From the NCBI GenBank assembly GCA_030704615.1, contig CM060731.1, positions 37,076,001 to 37,140,000 on the forward strand: DNA of 64,000 bases, read 5' to 3'. Position 1 is the first letter of the stretch; every line of letters starts with the position of its first letter. The notes under the pieces were generated by a model. That model worked only from the letters and a program-made list of their open reading frames with translations, was not told the origin of the DNA and searched no databases. The position numbers and the translations under genes are program-made. This stretch comes from Takakia lepidozioides (lineage: Eukaryota > Plantae > Bryophyta). Below are positions 1 to 12,528 of the stretch, one piece after another.

Positions 1-2899
1 GCAGCATACGATAAAATTATTATGGAGAGCTTTCGGGATCGGAAGAAATCGAAAATCAATTTAAAGAGCAATCTGAAGAAAAAGGTCTCGGAGTCGCCAG
101 CATGGGTTCGAAACCTTGCTAACATGGTTGAAGTCCCCACTTCTCAAGTCATTATCCAGAGGGCTGTCCTCTTTGCCCTTCTTGGTGTCTGGAGCGTCAT
201 GAATTCTGCTGAGGGGGGCCCTGCCTTTCAGGTGCCTTTCTCCCTCTCTCTTTCTCTCTCTAACTTCTTTCGCAGGGAACGGCATGAGTACATGCTCTAA
301 CTTCTTTCTTCTGCTATCTTTCTTTCTTTCTCTCTCTCTCTCTCTTTCTGTTCCGCTCAAACTGAGCGCGGGGTCAATGGCCACAAGGCTACGGCAAACA
401 ACGTCTTATGAGTACATTCTCTGTCTCTTTCTCTTTGCCCTTTCCTTTGCCACGTACTCCCCATCTTGTGCTGGGTTAGACAACAATTCTGGAATCAACC
501 TCATTCCGTTGAGTATGATGTCAGTGCCAATCTTTCTATCAACAGTTGATTCCTTGTATCGGGGGTTGTCCTCGGGCTGTGGGTGAGTGCTAAGACAAGG
601 CAAGGCCAAGATTGTGGTTTGAAAACCCAAAACCGACTCTAGGAGGGTAATTGGGATGCCAGGGCAAGGCTATGACCAAAAGGCTATGCACCAGTATTCT
701 AAGTACATCTCTTACCCTTCTTGTCTGCCTATATTTATAACAGGATTTGGATGAAAGTACCCTAATATATCTAGATTGTGCTAACCGTGAGCTGGCTTCA
801 CTTGCAGGTAGCGGTGTCACTGGCCGCATGTATCTATTTTCTCAATGACCGTCTTAAGAGTCTCGGCAGAGCTTTCATTCTTGGGTGAGGTCATCTGTAC
901 GCTCCCCACTTATGAACTGCAACCTACTTTAGTGCTCTGGAACATTTGCAACGTTTTTTTAGCCCAGCATCACATATGAAGCCTACAAAATCACTCAAGG
1001 GTGACTCGGTAGGTTGGTACTGGCACTACGACAGTTTAATAGCTAGATTTTATTCCAGTTCTGAAAAGCGCACTGCTAGTTGAAGCATTGGTCATGGGAA
1101 AGAGAGTGAGCATGAGTTTGTTTAGATTTTTGTTGCAAAACCCCTCTGGCTATAGAGATAGATGTACTACTTACTGACCATGCTTTGAAACATTGCCATA
1201 ACAGTATGCCTAAGGAGAATCATTTCTGAGCTGATCTTGAAGATGGGTGCTAATCTCATCTTGAACCTGCTGGCACGGTGGATAACATCCATCTATAGAC
1301 ATTGAGACTTGAGGGCTGGTGTGGGCAACATACAAAAGAGTGTGTACTGATTCCAGCTCTGCAATTAGCTCTCTACTTTTTACATAGACATGAAGCATGG
1401 CCTTGGTTGCACTGCTGGTGGCGCTCTAGTGAGAAGAGGACAATTGTGAGAATGTACTCATAAGACTTTGTGAGGGGCACTCCAGTAGTGGGAGTTCACT
1501 TGGTATAAACAATTGGTTCAGGCTTTCCAGATTTCCTCTAGAAAGCCCTTCACACAATCATCAATCTGCTGTTTGTGAGCTGCCCAGCAATTAGACCCCG
1601 ATGGGGCCAGGCTTTAGGCTCAACCTTGGATTTTGAAAGTTGGTGAACAGAGAGAGGTTCACGGACTACGTTCTCGATGGTCCTGAAAAGGGTTTCTTTT
1701 GATGAGAGTACCTCGGACAGCAAAACTGATACAATCCAGTCATCGTATCAATCTTCAGGCTGCCCGCACATTGAGCGTCAATCTCCCTCTCCTCTCTGCA
1801 TCTCTTTATTGTTCGAAGGAAAACTCCCGGCCATGAATATAAATTTCAGTGTAGTGCCAATCGTAGGTAGGTCCTTCAGATCATCCTTAAGGTCCTCACC
1901 CATGTCACAAACTGGAAATAAGTTCAGGGAAGTTTTATGCCTAACTTTGTCAAGAGAGAGAGATAGTGTGTGTGTGTGTACTCATAAGGACTAGGTAGCA
2001 GGCCCGTCAAGCCTGCTACCGGACAGTGGTCAAGGAGGGGCCGCGAGCTGCTGATTTTTGGAAACCTAATCCTAGTCGTCCAATTTACTACCACCCCTGC
2101 TACTGACCTACCTAACTACCAGTATCCTCAAAATAGCATCCCCTGCTTTTGGCGAATGGCAGGGTGCCACGGCGGCGAGTGGTCCCTCCTTGACGACTAT
2201 GGAGTGGTAGGTAGGAAAAGCAAACAAAGGCAGGAAAATACTCAAAATAGCACCCCCTGGGAGGGTGCCACGGCGGCAAGCGGCCCCTCCTTGTCGACTA
2301 TGATGTTGTTTGACTTAGCATTCCGGCCATAGACCCTGTGCCTAGTTTGGGCGGAACAAAAGGGAACAGATACTACCTTTGGTAGTGGGACTTACCTTGG
2401 TATAAACAAATAGTTCGGGCTTTGAAGATATCCTCTTGAAAGCCCTTAACACAAGCATGGATCTGCTGTGTTTAGCTGCCCAGCAATGATACCCCAACAG
2501 GGGCCAGGGCTTTAGGGTCAGCCTCAAGATTATCGAAGTTGGTGAACAGAGGGTCACTCTCTGGTGAGAATACCTCTGACATGTCCTCCTTTTCCTCTCT
2601 CCATCTGTTCATCCTAACACTGTAGGATGGCTTGATGAGGGTCTGCAGAATTATTCTTCTCAACTTCTCATATTTTTTACCCTACAGTGAAACTTCCTTG
2701 TCTATTGAGTAGCAAACTGATACATTTCTGTGCCCTGGTTGTAAACAGATTTGGCGCCCTGGTGATAGGATGGGTGTTGGGCTCTTTTTTGGTACCAGTG
2801 TTGCCCACAATCTTGCTTCCTCCTTCCTGGAGTCTAGAGCTCACCACATCCCTGATCTCTTACATTTTTTTGTGGGTTGCTTGCACATTTTTAAAGTAG
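1..2899 (+). CDS. CPP1: Chaperone-like protein of POR1 / CDF1 (DUF3353), 3' part; exons <1-231, 808-884, 2749-2899
   Basis: Spliced translation [26 protein letters not shown]|[26 protein letters not shown]|[20 protein letters not shown] with GT-AG junctions in phase; matches the recalled CPP1/CDF1 C-terminus. The 5' end lies outside the window. Confidence 0.88.
1445..2575 (-). mobile_element. Degenerate 3' fragments of a LINE-like family in the CPP1 intron (related copies at 340-425, 24235-24565, 24970-25085, 35885-35940)
   Basis: Recurrent sequence GGGGTCAATGGCCACAAGGCTAC..AAACAACGTCTTATGAGTACATTCT and peptide PLFTNF(D/E)xLEA(D/E)PKA found in several introns in both orientations. LINE identity is an inference from the truncated, intronic, coding-remnant pattern. 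Confidence 0.55.
1991..2302. mobile_element. Small MITE-like insertion inside the LINE fragment
   Basis: Interrupts the LINE tail (gtactcataag | atgttgttt). Inverted pair CAAGGAGGGGCCGC (~2031) / GCGGCCCCTCCTTG (~2280) and an internal direct repeat 2130-2200 vs 2244-2302. No TSD found. Confidence 0.4.
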
Positions 2900-4936
2900 A
2901 GTTGGAGGCCAAAATGTTGATAGGGGACTAGATTTTGAGAGAGGGAGAAAATGAGGGAGAAATGAAGTTTGTCAAGAGAGAACAATTTATTCTGTAATTG
3001 GATGGTTTGCTATGTGGAAAATATCTGCACACATCTGGAGGTTTATATTTGCTTGAGCTGAGATTGAGCCATGTGGTTGTAGACCAGGGGAAGAGGGTGA
3101 AACAGTCTATGAAATGGAAAGAAAAGGTCTTATTTTGTTACTGGGAGGTCTTCTTAAATGTAGATAGAAAACAGAAACATTAGTCTATATTAGCAGTTAC
3201 TCAACTAGATAGTGCATAGACCATATTAGAGCATTCTCACATGAGAGGAAGAGGGCTGGAAAGCGGAGTTGTTTGGCATTGATTTGTGGAAGTCGAAGTG
3301 CCCAGAACGGACATTAACAGACGAGGAAAGGCATGCATACTACTAATGTTCAGCCAAGGTGATAGCCATGTCAGGGAACAGCAGAAAAGGGATCTCTCAG
3401 GTGAAAACCCCAAAGAGTACTGCAAACCCATACAGCAGTATTCACACTTGGGTACCAGTCTTCTTAGTGGGATCAACCATGAATGTTAATGCTTCAGTTG
3501 AGCTCGGGACCACCTTCACATGTTCAGCATTGGTCAATCTTTTCATAATAAGGGTATTGAATATTGATAGGGTTCTGTGCAACATTATGCCATACTAAAG
3601 TGGACGATGCAGTGCACGACTGGCAAATATCATGGGATTGAATAGGTGTACGCGAGTAGTATCCCCATGCACAATACAGGTTGTGGCCCCAATGGCATGT
3701 TCAGTCCTAATCCCTATTCATTACATTATATCCTGTAATTTATGGTGAATGCATGCTACCTCTCAGAGCAGTCTTCTACTGTCCACTTGAGCAAGGACTC
3801 CCAGTGTTGAATACATGAGTAGGTTCGAACCCGACACCTTCAAATATATTTTCAAGGCAAAAAGCTCCCAACAAGGATTCTGGGAGGCCTGCTCCATCCT
3901 GAGTGCCAAATTCCTCCTACCTGGTCTATGTTGAACCTTTAAGACCTCCATACTGCTATCCATTGGGCAAGGGTCCAACTTTTGGGCTTCATATGATGGC
4001 TGAAGACCCACAATTTGTGAAGACTCAGGTCGGTTCCAGACCAACGTACAAAACCCTAAAATGTGGCTCTCGGCCACCTTTACGTCCCTTACATAGGATG
4101 CCATGCAGAAAGCGGACAAGAATGGTGCAAGTGGACAAAATCAAATCATGTGTATCCCTCTCTCTTTCTTTGTTTAGGGTTTATTGTTGAAAGTACGGCA
4201 CACAGTCGTGATCTTCGATGCTGCAACTGCCTGTGAGCTGAGTCGGATCAGGGACATGTCGGATCATCGGGTACATACTCTCATCGGCTAGTGTCCAAAC
4301 TCCGAACTGTGTCCCCTATGTCCCTGAAGCCTTAGCAATACTTGTGAATTCTCAAGTTCTATTTTTCTGATGGATATCAGTTGTAGAGAAGAGGGCAAAC
4401 ATGGTTGCATCTCATGATAATGGTAAAGATACCTTAATGTAAAGTTTAAGAACTGATCATACACAGCCGATCGATTAAAAGCATAAGCAATGACGAGGAG
4501 GAAAGCAAATGCTCCACTACTCTTGAAAACGAAAAGGACATGCCGTCACCCTTGTTTCATTTATACTCTCCTCCTTCATTATGTCGTGTATGTGATCCTT
4601 TGTTCAGCACAGTTGTGGAATTGGTTTGCACTTGAGCACTACCAACTCTCCTACTGAGAATACAGGATCCAGCTAATTCTGTGTGGAGGCTAAACTAGCA
4701 AGGTTTTTGTAAGCCAAGCAAACAATTGTTTTATTGCATAGAGCTAAGGGTCTATGCAATCCTTGCAGCCAGGTGCTACAGGATAAACAACTGAGAGACT
4801 GGCATCCCTCAATGGGCCTCAAATCTGCATGGTGAGCCGTGCAAGTCAGCCTTGTCACTTCCACTCACCGCATATCTGTGGGCCCTAGCCCCAAACATAA
4901 GAAATCTTTGGTTTCAGTTTGCTGGTGCGAGGCGTC

Positions 4937-7900
4937 TTAGAACGCAACTGTGTCTAGTTTACGCAAAGAGATTTCCAATCTTGCCGACCTCCATGTAGAG
5001 GATGCTCTTTGCAAACTCTCTGTGAGCCCCAAAAAGAATGCCTTAGCCCAAGGCTCAGATGATCCAGAGGGGCTCAAGTCACTTGGCACCGTGAAGCTGA
5101 CAACCCCAGAAGAACCAGTTGCTAAGTATCAACACCTCAACTTCGTGATCAACAAGACAAGCACTTCGTGAGACACTGTGGAGATTAAGATTATCAAGCC
5201 TTTCAATCATTCCCTAGTAAACAACTTAGTTTTAAGTAGCTGCATCTCTAAGCAGTCAGTTAGTGTCTACATCACATGTCATTAGAGAGGCCTCTCCGTA
5301 GAGAATTTTAGAGACCACCTATAAATGGACTACCAAATATGAAGCTAGTGCCCTTGAACATCCCGAGTCCCATTAAGGATCCCAATCCCAGTTGGCAGTA
5401 CTTGAAAACTATCAATTTATCTTCCCTATTTCAGGTGGACATTTACCGTTATACATTTGACTTTGTACTTTTCCTGAGGTTGCCTTGACTAGACATTCTT
5501 GTATAATCTGTCCCCAAATTTCTGGCATGCTAACCCAAAGCCAGATATTTCTGATAATTATGCCGAGTGATCTGGAAAGAACTATAACAGCATCTTGGAT
5601 GCATTTCAGAAGACCATATGAGGAGGTTTCACAAGCTTACCTCAAAAGCTCATCTTCAAGTACTGGCGCCATGCTACCTTCAGCTGCTATTGGTTTCAGC
5701 AATTTACTGTTTCACATAAGATGATCACTCAATTGACACCAACCGACAGTTTCTCAAAATGTAAAAACTTGTGCTATTGCAAAGTGAAAGAACATACTTC
5801 GTATGCACATGGGAGAAAAGCTGATACCTGAGAAACGATGCCCCATTCAGAGTCACAGAATTTAACATAGCTGTGGGTAGTCGACCTTCTATCCCCAACA
5901 TAATAAATGACTCAAATAGAAGAACAAGCATGATCAATGACAAAACAGCTGACATTGCATCCAGCAGAATTGAAGTGGCACAGAGTAGAACCTGTAAATT
6001 GTTTTAGTACTTGTTTAACTACAGCTTGTGTGTACATGGGCTCAAAGGTGAACCTCAAGATAATAGTGGCCTGCAACAAAATCTCCAGCTAAACTGGGAA
6101 GAGAAGCGAAGGAATGCAATGAGGTCTGGGTTTGGTCTGGTTTGAAGGTGAGTGAGGAAACTGTCTTATTTGCTGTTGCTAGTGCTGAAATGGGACTTGA
6201 TGGGGCGGATTCAGCTGGATAGAACCTGACTTTCCTAATTGTGAGGAGGCATTGCTGGGCTTCAGAACCTGACGGGGAATGCTCCTCACTCCTCCAGCGA
6301 ATTATGATGCGCTGTAGAATGTGACAGTGCCTGTGTCACACTCTAAGCACACTCCTTGGTGAGAGGCCTGCCGGGATTTTAAGAACTATTAAGGCATGTT
6401 CAACATGATGCTCCAACTCGGACTGCATCACATTTGGACTAGGGATTTTGATTTGGTGTCGTATATGAGCTGGCAACATGAGGACTTTCGTTGAGAAGCA
6501 TAATTGTTGTCAGAACATGGATGTCTAGGTGGGCCCCACTTGTCTCATTGGTGACTAAACTGTCTCCCCCTAGAGTCACAAAATTTGTTCGTTAGCTAGC
6601 TGTGGTGCCAGAACAGACCTGACTACAAAAACCTGGTAGAGATGGAGCGCTCCTCCTGCCAAGCAGCGCCCTGCAAATGTTGCACTCTCTTTCTTGAACA
6701 CGTAGACCACTGGGTAACCTAATAACCATCTGCAATCCACACAAAGATGTGAGAAACAAGGTAATATAACCCACAAGGCAAATGTGTATGGACCACATAG
6801 TTGAGTTCACTTCCAAAGCAGCTAATCTTTGATCTGAACTCAACAAGAGGATTAGCTGCTGAAAACAACATACACAGAAGATTTACGCACAATACTTGTC
6901 CAACCGACACTCTCTCTCTCCTACCTGTGAGCCTAACAATGCGCCATTTCTGTGTCTCTCTCCTTTTCCTCCTTCCCCTCTCAAGAAAAAAACACACCCA
7001 TTTATTGTGGGCAGCACGATTTCGGTGCCGCTAATTATATTGGTTGCCTCCAGGACTGTCTCTCTGTGAACACTGCTCTTCGAGGCAGTGCTGGCAGAAG
7101 CCTTGGGCGATTGGGGAGTCTGAGGGCCCTGCTCCCTAACATTATCGTCCAAACCTTCTCTGTAGTTTGAGATACGTACTCCCAGACCTTGCAAAGAGTG
7201 AGGCCCATGAGGCAGTAGACTGAAGTTCGTATGAGCCAATAGAAGGGCAGAGAAACGCTCTTGTACATCGGCGAGATGCCGCAAGACAGTCTTGTGTTCA
7301 CCTTGAGAAGCAATCTGTTCAACACCACCAAAATAATGGTCTGCATGAAGTCAAGAAGCTACAACACCCAAATAATGTGTAATAGGAGTGAGTGTAACTA
7401 CTATCACTTTCATTCTTCCTACTATCCTAGCAATTGAAGAGCTAGTACAATTCAATGTTTCAAATTGATTCACCCACATCATCCCCTTTTAACCTTGTTT
7501 TGGGTGGTAGGCGTAATTGCGATCTAATTTTTGCATAAGAAAGAAATAGTTGCACATCTCCTCAAAGCTTTGCTTCAAATTGTACTTTGATCTGTCATTG
7601 TCATGCTGGAAACAACAAAGAGAGAACATTATATGAATTCACTTCCTCACCCTAGGAACGGTGTCATCAAGAATGACAAACATCAGTTGAGACCTTGGAT
7701 TCAAGCTTTGCTCCATAAAATGTAGCAAAAAGAGAGGGTGCACTAGATATGCAGTATCTTCGATGTGCATAACCCGCAAGGGCATCACCTCTTTCACTTC
7801 CTGTTATCATTTTGCACACACATGCATTAGATTACTTGAATTTTATTGTTCAAAGTTCCCCAACTGTGTTACATGTAGACCAGCTTCCACAACAGAATTG

Positions 7901-8910
7901 TGTGTCAAATATGGGTTGAGATTAAGTGTAAGTGACAATTAGGAAGTGCCCACCTCCTAAGTGGCCACAGCAGCCCTGATGCATGTAGCTGGCAGCATTT
8001 AAGGCTTTGTTATCTTCTCCAACGTGTTATTAGCAAATTTGGAGCTGAAACGTCCTGGCTGCAAGACCATGCGTGACTATGGTTACGTCACAATGGACAG
8101 GGATGCTTTTGACATCGGTAGTCAAATGGGGCCTGGTTGGAGCTCTGCGTTGAGATACGGATATACAAAGCTCACCTCGCCCTCCAAGCCAGTGTCATAC
8201 ATTTGAGGAAAGCCAAACACACTGGACTTGAATATGAATTTATCAAGAAATGGTCCTCAATGGCCTATCTTATGCCCCCGACAAACGCACCTTCAACCCC
8301 AAATTCTCCCTTACACTCAGCCTACGTTCAATTTTCTCTTCATTGCAGACCAGAGTACCAACCACGCTCCAATTTGTACATTGAGGCGAACGCAGAATTC
8401 TGGAATACATGCACGTCATATCGAAGGACAAAACTTTCTGGAAAAGCATACAAGGAGAGGGTGGTCTTCAGTCAACCAACCTGCGAGAGAAGGAAAAGCA
8501 GCTCGCATAACTGCTGCAGCAAAAGAGAATTATGAACCACATAGTCTAGCATTGCCAATGCCCTCAGCCCTGTGCCCAAGGCCATTATATCTGCCAGCCA
8601 ATCCAACGATACATTACTCCTTTACACCTCCCCAATTCGGCTCCCCCATTCACAACCAGTTGATCTGGCGTACAACAGATGTGCAGGGAAATACAGAAGG
8701 GGTCCTAATGAGGTCGAAGACACAGAAAGCTAGACACGGCCAAGTACCAATAGCTAGGCGACGCCGCGCAGATGCTCGAAGACGCAGGCGGAGCTGCTGC
8801 AGGTGCCCCTGCATTAGATTCCAAATTGGCTTCATAGCCTCTGCCCACAAGGAAGAATCTCTTTCTTCCTCCTCCTCCAACGCTCTAGGACCGTCGAGCC
8901 CGAATTGCAT
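4937..8910 (-). CDS. DUF4504 / UPF0739 (C1orf74-like) protein, 7 exons: 8910-8748, 8590-8481, 7800-7651, 7314-6998, 6729-6619, 5706-5641, 5096-4937 (358 aa)
   Basis: All junctions GT-AG and in phase, 1077 nt in total. Motifs RLRASARRRLAIDIMAL..LDY, LRVMHIED, LPTINGWLLGYPVVYVF and EDELLSFTVPSDL..EPWA are typical of plant DUF4504 proteins. Confidence 0.85.
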
Positions 8911-8965
8911 GTTATGTTTGTGGGTAGTCCTTTGTTTGCCTCATAAGCTCTCGGTGGGTTATAAA

Positions 8966-9865
8966 CAGTGTTGGGCGGTTACCCGCCTGGGCCCCGGGTA
9001 ACCGCCGGTTCCGGTTCCGGTTATGTGGAACCGGACCGGAACCGGACCCGCCTGTGCAGAACCGGAACCGGAACCGCTCATTGGGGATTGTGTGGGAACC
9101 GGAACCGGCGGTTCCAGGTACGACCACATGTGTGGGAACCGGCGGTTCCAGCTCCAAAGCTGTTCCGGTTCCGGTCCACCCGTGGGCTGTAGCCCTAAAT
9201 GTCTCTAGTACCTACCAAAGCGCTTCTAAGTCCGGTTCTTGGTTCTTGACCCCTTGGTGGGGCTGGTGGGCCCAGGGAAAAACTTATTTAATGCTCTTAA
9301 GCTCCTGAGATCCTGGGTTCAATGCTTGAAGGCCATGAGATTCTATGTTCAATGCTTCAGCGCCATGAGATCTTGGGTTCAATCTCCAGCTCCATGATAT
9401 CCTGGCTAAGTTCATTAATAAAATGTTTGAAGATGCCAATACTTGCCAGGTAGCTGAATAGTACTTTCAACCCATAAAATTTTACCCATTTTCTTCTACC
9501 AGTTTATTTAGAGTATTTTTGTTTGTTTTTTTGTGTTAGTGAAAACTATCAAAATCGTTGGATTTTAGTTCAAATATGTGAATACACTGCTATTTAATCT
9601 ACCGGACTGATAAAATATTTTAAATCTAATTAAATTAAACAAATATATTTTTAAAATAGAACCGGAACCTAACCGGAACCGATGGTTTTTATCAGCAACT
9701 AATCGGTAACCGGAACCGCCCCCATGTTTAAAAGTTGGATCCGGAACCGGACCGGAACCGGCTCAATAAAAAAAAACCCGGAACCGGATCCGGAACCGTC
9801 TCTTGAAATAATTTTGGAACCGGAACCGAAGGTTCCTTCACAAATGCAAGAACCGCCCAACACTG
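8966..9865. mobile_element. Non-autonomous hAT element (MITE), 900 bp
   Basis: Perfect 15-bp TIR CAGTGTTGGGCGGTT / AACCGCCCAACACTG; 8-bp TSD GTTATAAA (8958-8965, 9866-9873); dense subterminal GGAACC/ACCGG repeats. Confidence 0.92.
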
Positions 9866-9944
9866 GTTATAAACTCCATCTTTAAGTATCTCTTCCTCTC
9901 CACACCCACGGATCTTCACAGCAGCTCCTTGTCATTCTTTCTCT

Positions 9945-10108
9945 GAGCAGTGGTTGGGTATTTTGTCTTGCCTGTGCATAACCTAGGTGATCCTGGGTTC
10001 AATTCTTCAACAATGTGCCTTCAGACCGTCCATTGGCCCCTTGATGGGTTGAGCAGTAGGCTCTGTAAATTGACTAGGTGTTAAAGAAACTTTACCTTAT
10101 CTTTATCT
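9945..10108 (+). mobile_element. tRNA-derived SINE-like repeat (second copy 46203-46372, partial copy ~13576-13670)
   Basis: A-box-like CAGTGGTT, B-box-like GGGTTCAATTC and a (TTTATC)n tail; closely similar copy at 46.2 kb. Confidence 0.65.
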
Positions 10109-10232
10109 CTCCGGTGGTGCCGGGCTCAAATCCACGACCGCTCATACAGATATAACTTCCTTGACTATGAGACCAAAAACAATGTGGATACTGGATACCT
10201 TGCCGAAGCAAGCATGCACATGGTGTCTCAAC

Positions 10233-11835
10233 CAGTGTTGTGGGGGTCCGGGTTTTGAAGGCGGGTACCCCGGGGGGTTAGGATCCGGGTTACCTGGACC
10301 CCGGCTATCACAAAAAACCAGACCCTGACCCGGGTTCATTTTGAACCCGGGACCGGACCCGCCTGCTGGGTCCAGAACCCCTCAAACGCGGCCCAATTTA
10401 GCAGGTCAGGGTCCCGGTCTTAATTTTAGATGGGGCATGTGGGGTCCACATTAGATCTGGTAGGTTTTGTCCAGTGTTGGTATGGTATCTGGTTTCGTCG
10501 GGTATCAACCCGGGTCTCTCCTAACCTAACGTACTGTTCTATGTTTCCGTAAACATTTGCAGTACCTTACCATAGGGTTCTCAAGTTCCCCGGCAGCCCC
10601 CCAAACCCTACCAGGCAGCGGTTCGGGTTCTCCTTTCCCCGCCCCCTACCAGAGCTCCATTCGTCGCTGCAGGTTTGTACGGGTATCATATTAATATGCA
10701 CATATGTATAGATATTATGGATTTGCAGGGTTCGGTGTGTTTATGAGCGCCTCTTTATGATCTTCATTTTGCGAGACACTATGGATGTAATTATGATTCA
10801 GTGTATAATTGTATGGGGGTTGGTATCCTATGAGATGAGCAGGTTTCCTTGTGGTTTTCTTGATTATTCAAATGGCCATTGAATAGTTTAGATGGCCATT
10901 TCAATATTGAATTTGAATTTGAGTACTAGTACCATTTTTATTTTATTATTTTTTAATACCATATCCGAGTTCATATTTCTAGGTTATTGACATTCAGATA
11001 CCATTGCTCATATCCGGATTGATTTTCTTAACAAACGACTCTATGCATACCAGATTCATACTTGAAAAAATAAGGGGATGCATTATTGGAAAACCTACCC
11101 GCCTTAAAAAAATCAGCACTACATACCAGGACCCTTCTGGTATTTCCAATTCAAGATACCAGACCAACACTGGTTTTGTCATATGTGTGGAGGGGACGAG
11201 CAGCAATAGGCCACTGTAGCAGCAAGCCCCACTACGCTGTAGCCCAGTGGTAATGGCCACATACCACCTCAAAAGCGGTTGTGGGTTCAATCCATGGCGT
11301 GGTGTCACAAAGTTGTGCCCTATGGGACCATAATTTACACCTCCAAAAGGAGGCGTCTTATATTATTATTAGGCCAGATCCCACACATCCATGCTATAGT
11401 GATCTATCCTCGAGGCATATTACTATTCTTAACATGTTTAAGGAATTGATATTAAAAAATAGATCAAACTTCTATTTTAATTCTTGTGTTAAATGAGCAA
11501 TACATATTCATGGTATATTTTGAAGGAATGTCTCTTAAAATAAAATTCATTATTAGGATTTAAAGTTTTTTCCAGCCAAAAATAATTTTATCCCTAACTA
11601 ATCTTATTTATTTAATCAATTAATTAGGACCCGGATCCGAACCCGTGAACCCGCTAATATTTCCCAACAACTACCCGGACCCTAACCCGAGTCTATGTTG
11701 ACAAACCAGGACCCAAACCCGGACCCGGATTTTCCAAATTTCAAAAACCCGGATCCGGACCCGGACTTGGCTCCAAAAAAAACCCGAACCCGGACCCGGC
11801 GGGTTCCTTTAAAAGGCAGAACCCGCACAACATTG
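10233..11835. mobile_element. Non-autonomous hAT element, 1603 bp, carrying a nested hAT MITE
   Basis: TIR CAGTGTTGTGGGGGT / ACCCGCACAACATTG; 8-bp TSD GTCTCAAC (10225-10232, 11836-11843); subterminal ACCCGG repeats. Confidence 0.9.
10472..11172. mobile_element. Nested hAT MITE, 701 bp
   Basis: TIR 18/19 match CAGTGTTGGTATGGTATCT / AGATACCAGACCAACACTG; 8-bp TSD GTTTTGTC (10464-10471, 11173-11180). Confidence 0.92.
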
Positions 11836-11846
11836 GTCTCAACATA

Positions 11847-11910
11847 GTAGCCCAGTGTTAATGGGCACATACCACCTCGGAAGTGGTTATGGGTTGAATC
11901 CGCCCATTGG
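11847..11910 (+). mobile_element. tRNA-like SINE head (related copies ~11239-11300 on +, ~14395-14462 on -, ~46610-46672 on -)
   Basis: GTAGCCCAGTG(G/T)TAATGG.CACATACCACCTC....GGTT.TGGGTT(C/G)AATCC gives spaced A and B boxes, but no intact cloverleaf. Confidence 0.55.
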
Positions 11911-12044
11911 TGTCACAAAGGTGTATGCTAGATGCTTCGGGTCAAGAGATACCATAATTTACGCTTCCCTAGGGAGGAGTCACTTGACCACAAAGGACTA
12001 TTGCTTGGTGAACACCTTTTTGATATTCAACATATGGTTTGAAC

Positions 12045-12528
12045 CGGTGTTGTGCGGGTACGGGTTTTGACCCGTTGTACCCGGCGGGTTAGGATCCGGG
12101 TTACCCGCACCCGCACCTGTGCTATCTCCAAAAACCCGGACCCTAACTTGGGTTCATTTCAGAAATGAACCCGGACCCGGATCCCATTAAACCCGCTACC
12201 CGCGGGCTAAGATAAATAAATAAAAATATATATATATGTAAAAACTGTATTTAAAAAATGAAAATTTGACACTTATCTGATATTTATTTACTTAAATCTG
12301 ACAGAAAAGAAATTATTTCTAATTAATCTCATTTTTCTAATATATTAATCAATTAAATAGGACCCGGATCCGAACCCATGAACCCGTTAATTTTTTCCAG
12401 CAACTACCCGGACCCGAATCCGGACCCGGATTTTCTGAATTTCAAAAACCTGGATCCGAACCCTCCAAAAAAAAACCCGAACCCGGACCCGGCGGGTTCC
12501 TTAAAAAGGCAGGACCCGCACAACACTG
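12045..12528. mobile_element. hAT MITE, 484 bp, same family as 10233-11835
   Basis: TIR CGGTGTTGTGCGGGT / ACCCGCACAACACTG; 8-bp TSD GTTTGAAC (12037-12044, 12529-12536); right arm nearly identical to 11610-11835. Confidence 0.92.

Noticed and set aside
8228-9001. 257-aa + strand ORF
   Set aside because: Antisense to DUF4504 exons and runs into a MITE; no recognisable domain.
11239-11910. Functional tRNA genes
   Set aside because: A/B boxes are present but there is no consistent acceptor/anticodon stem; treated as SINE heads.
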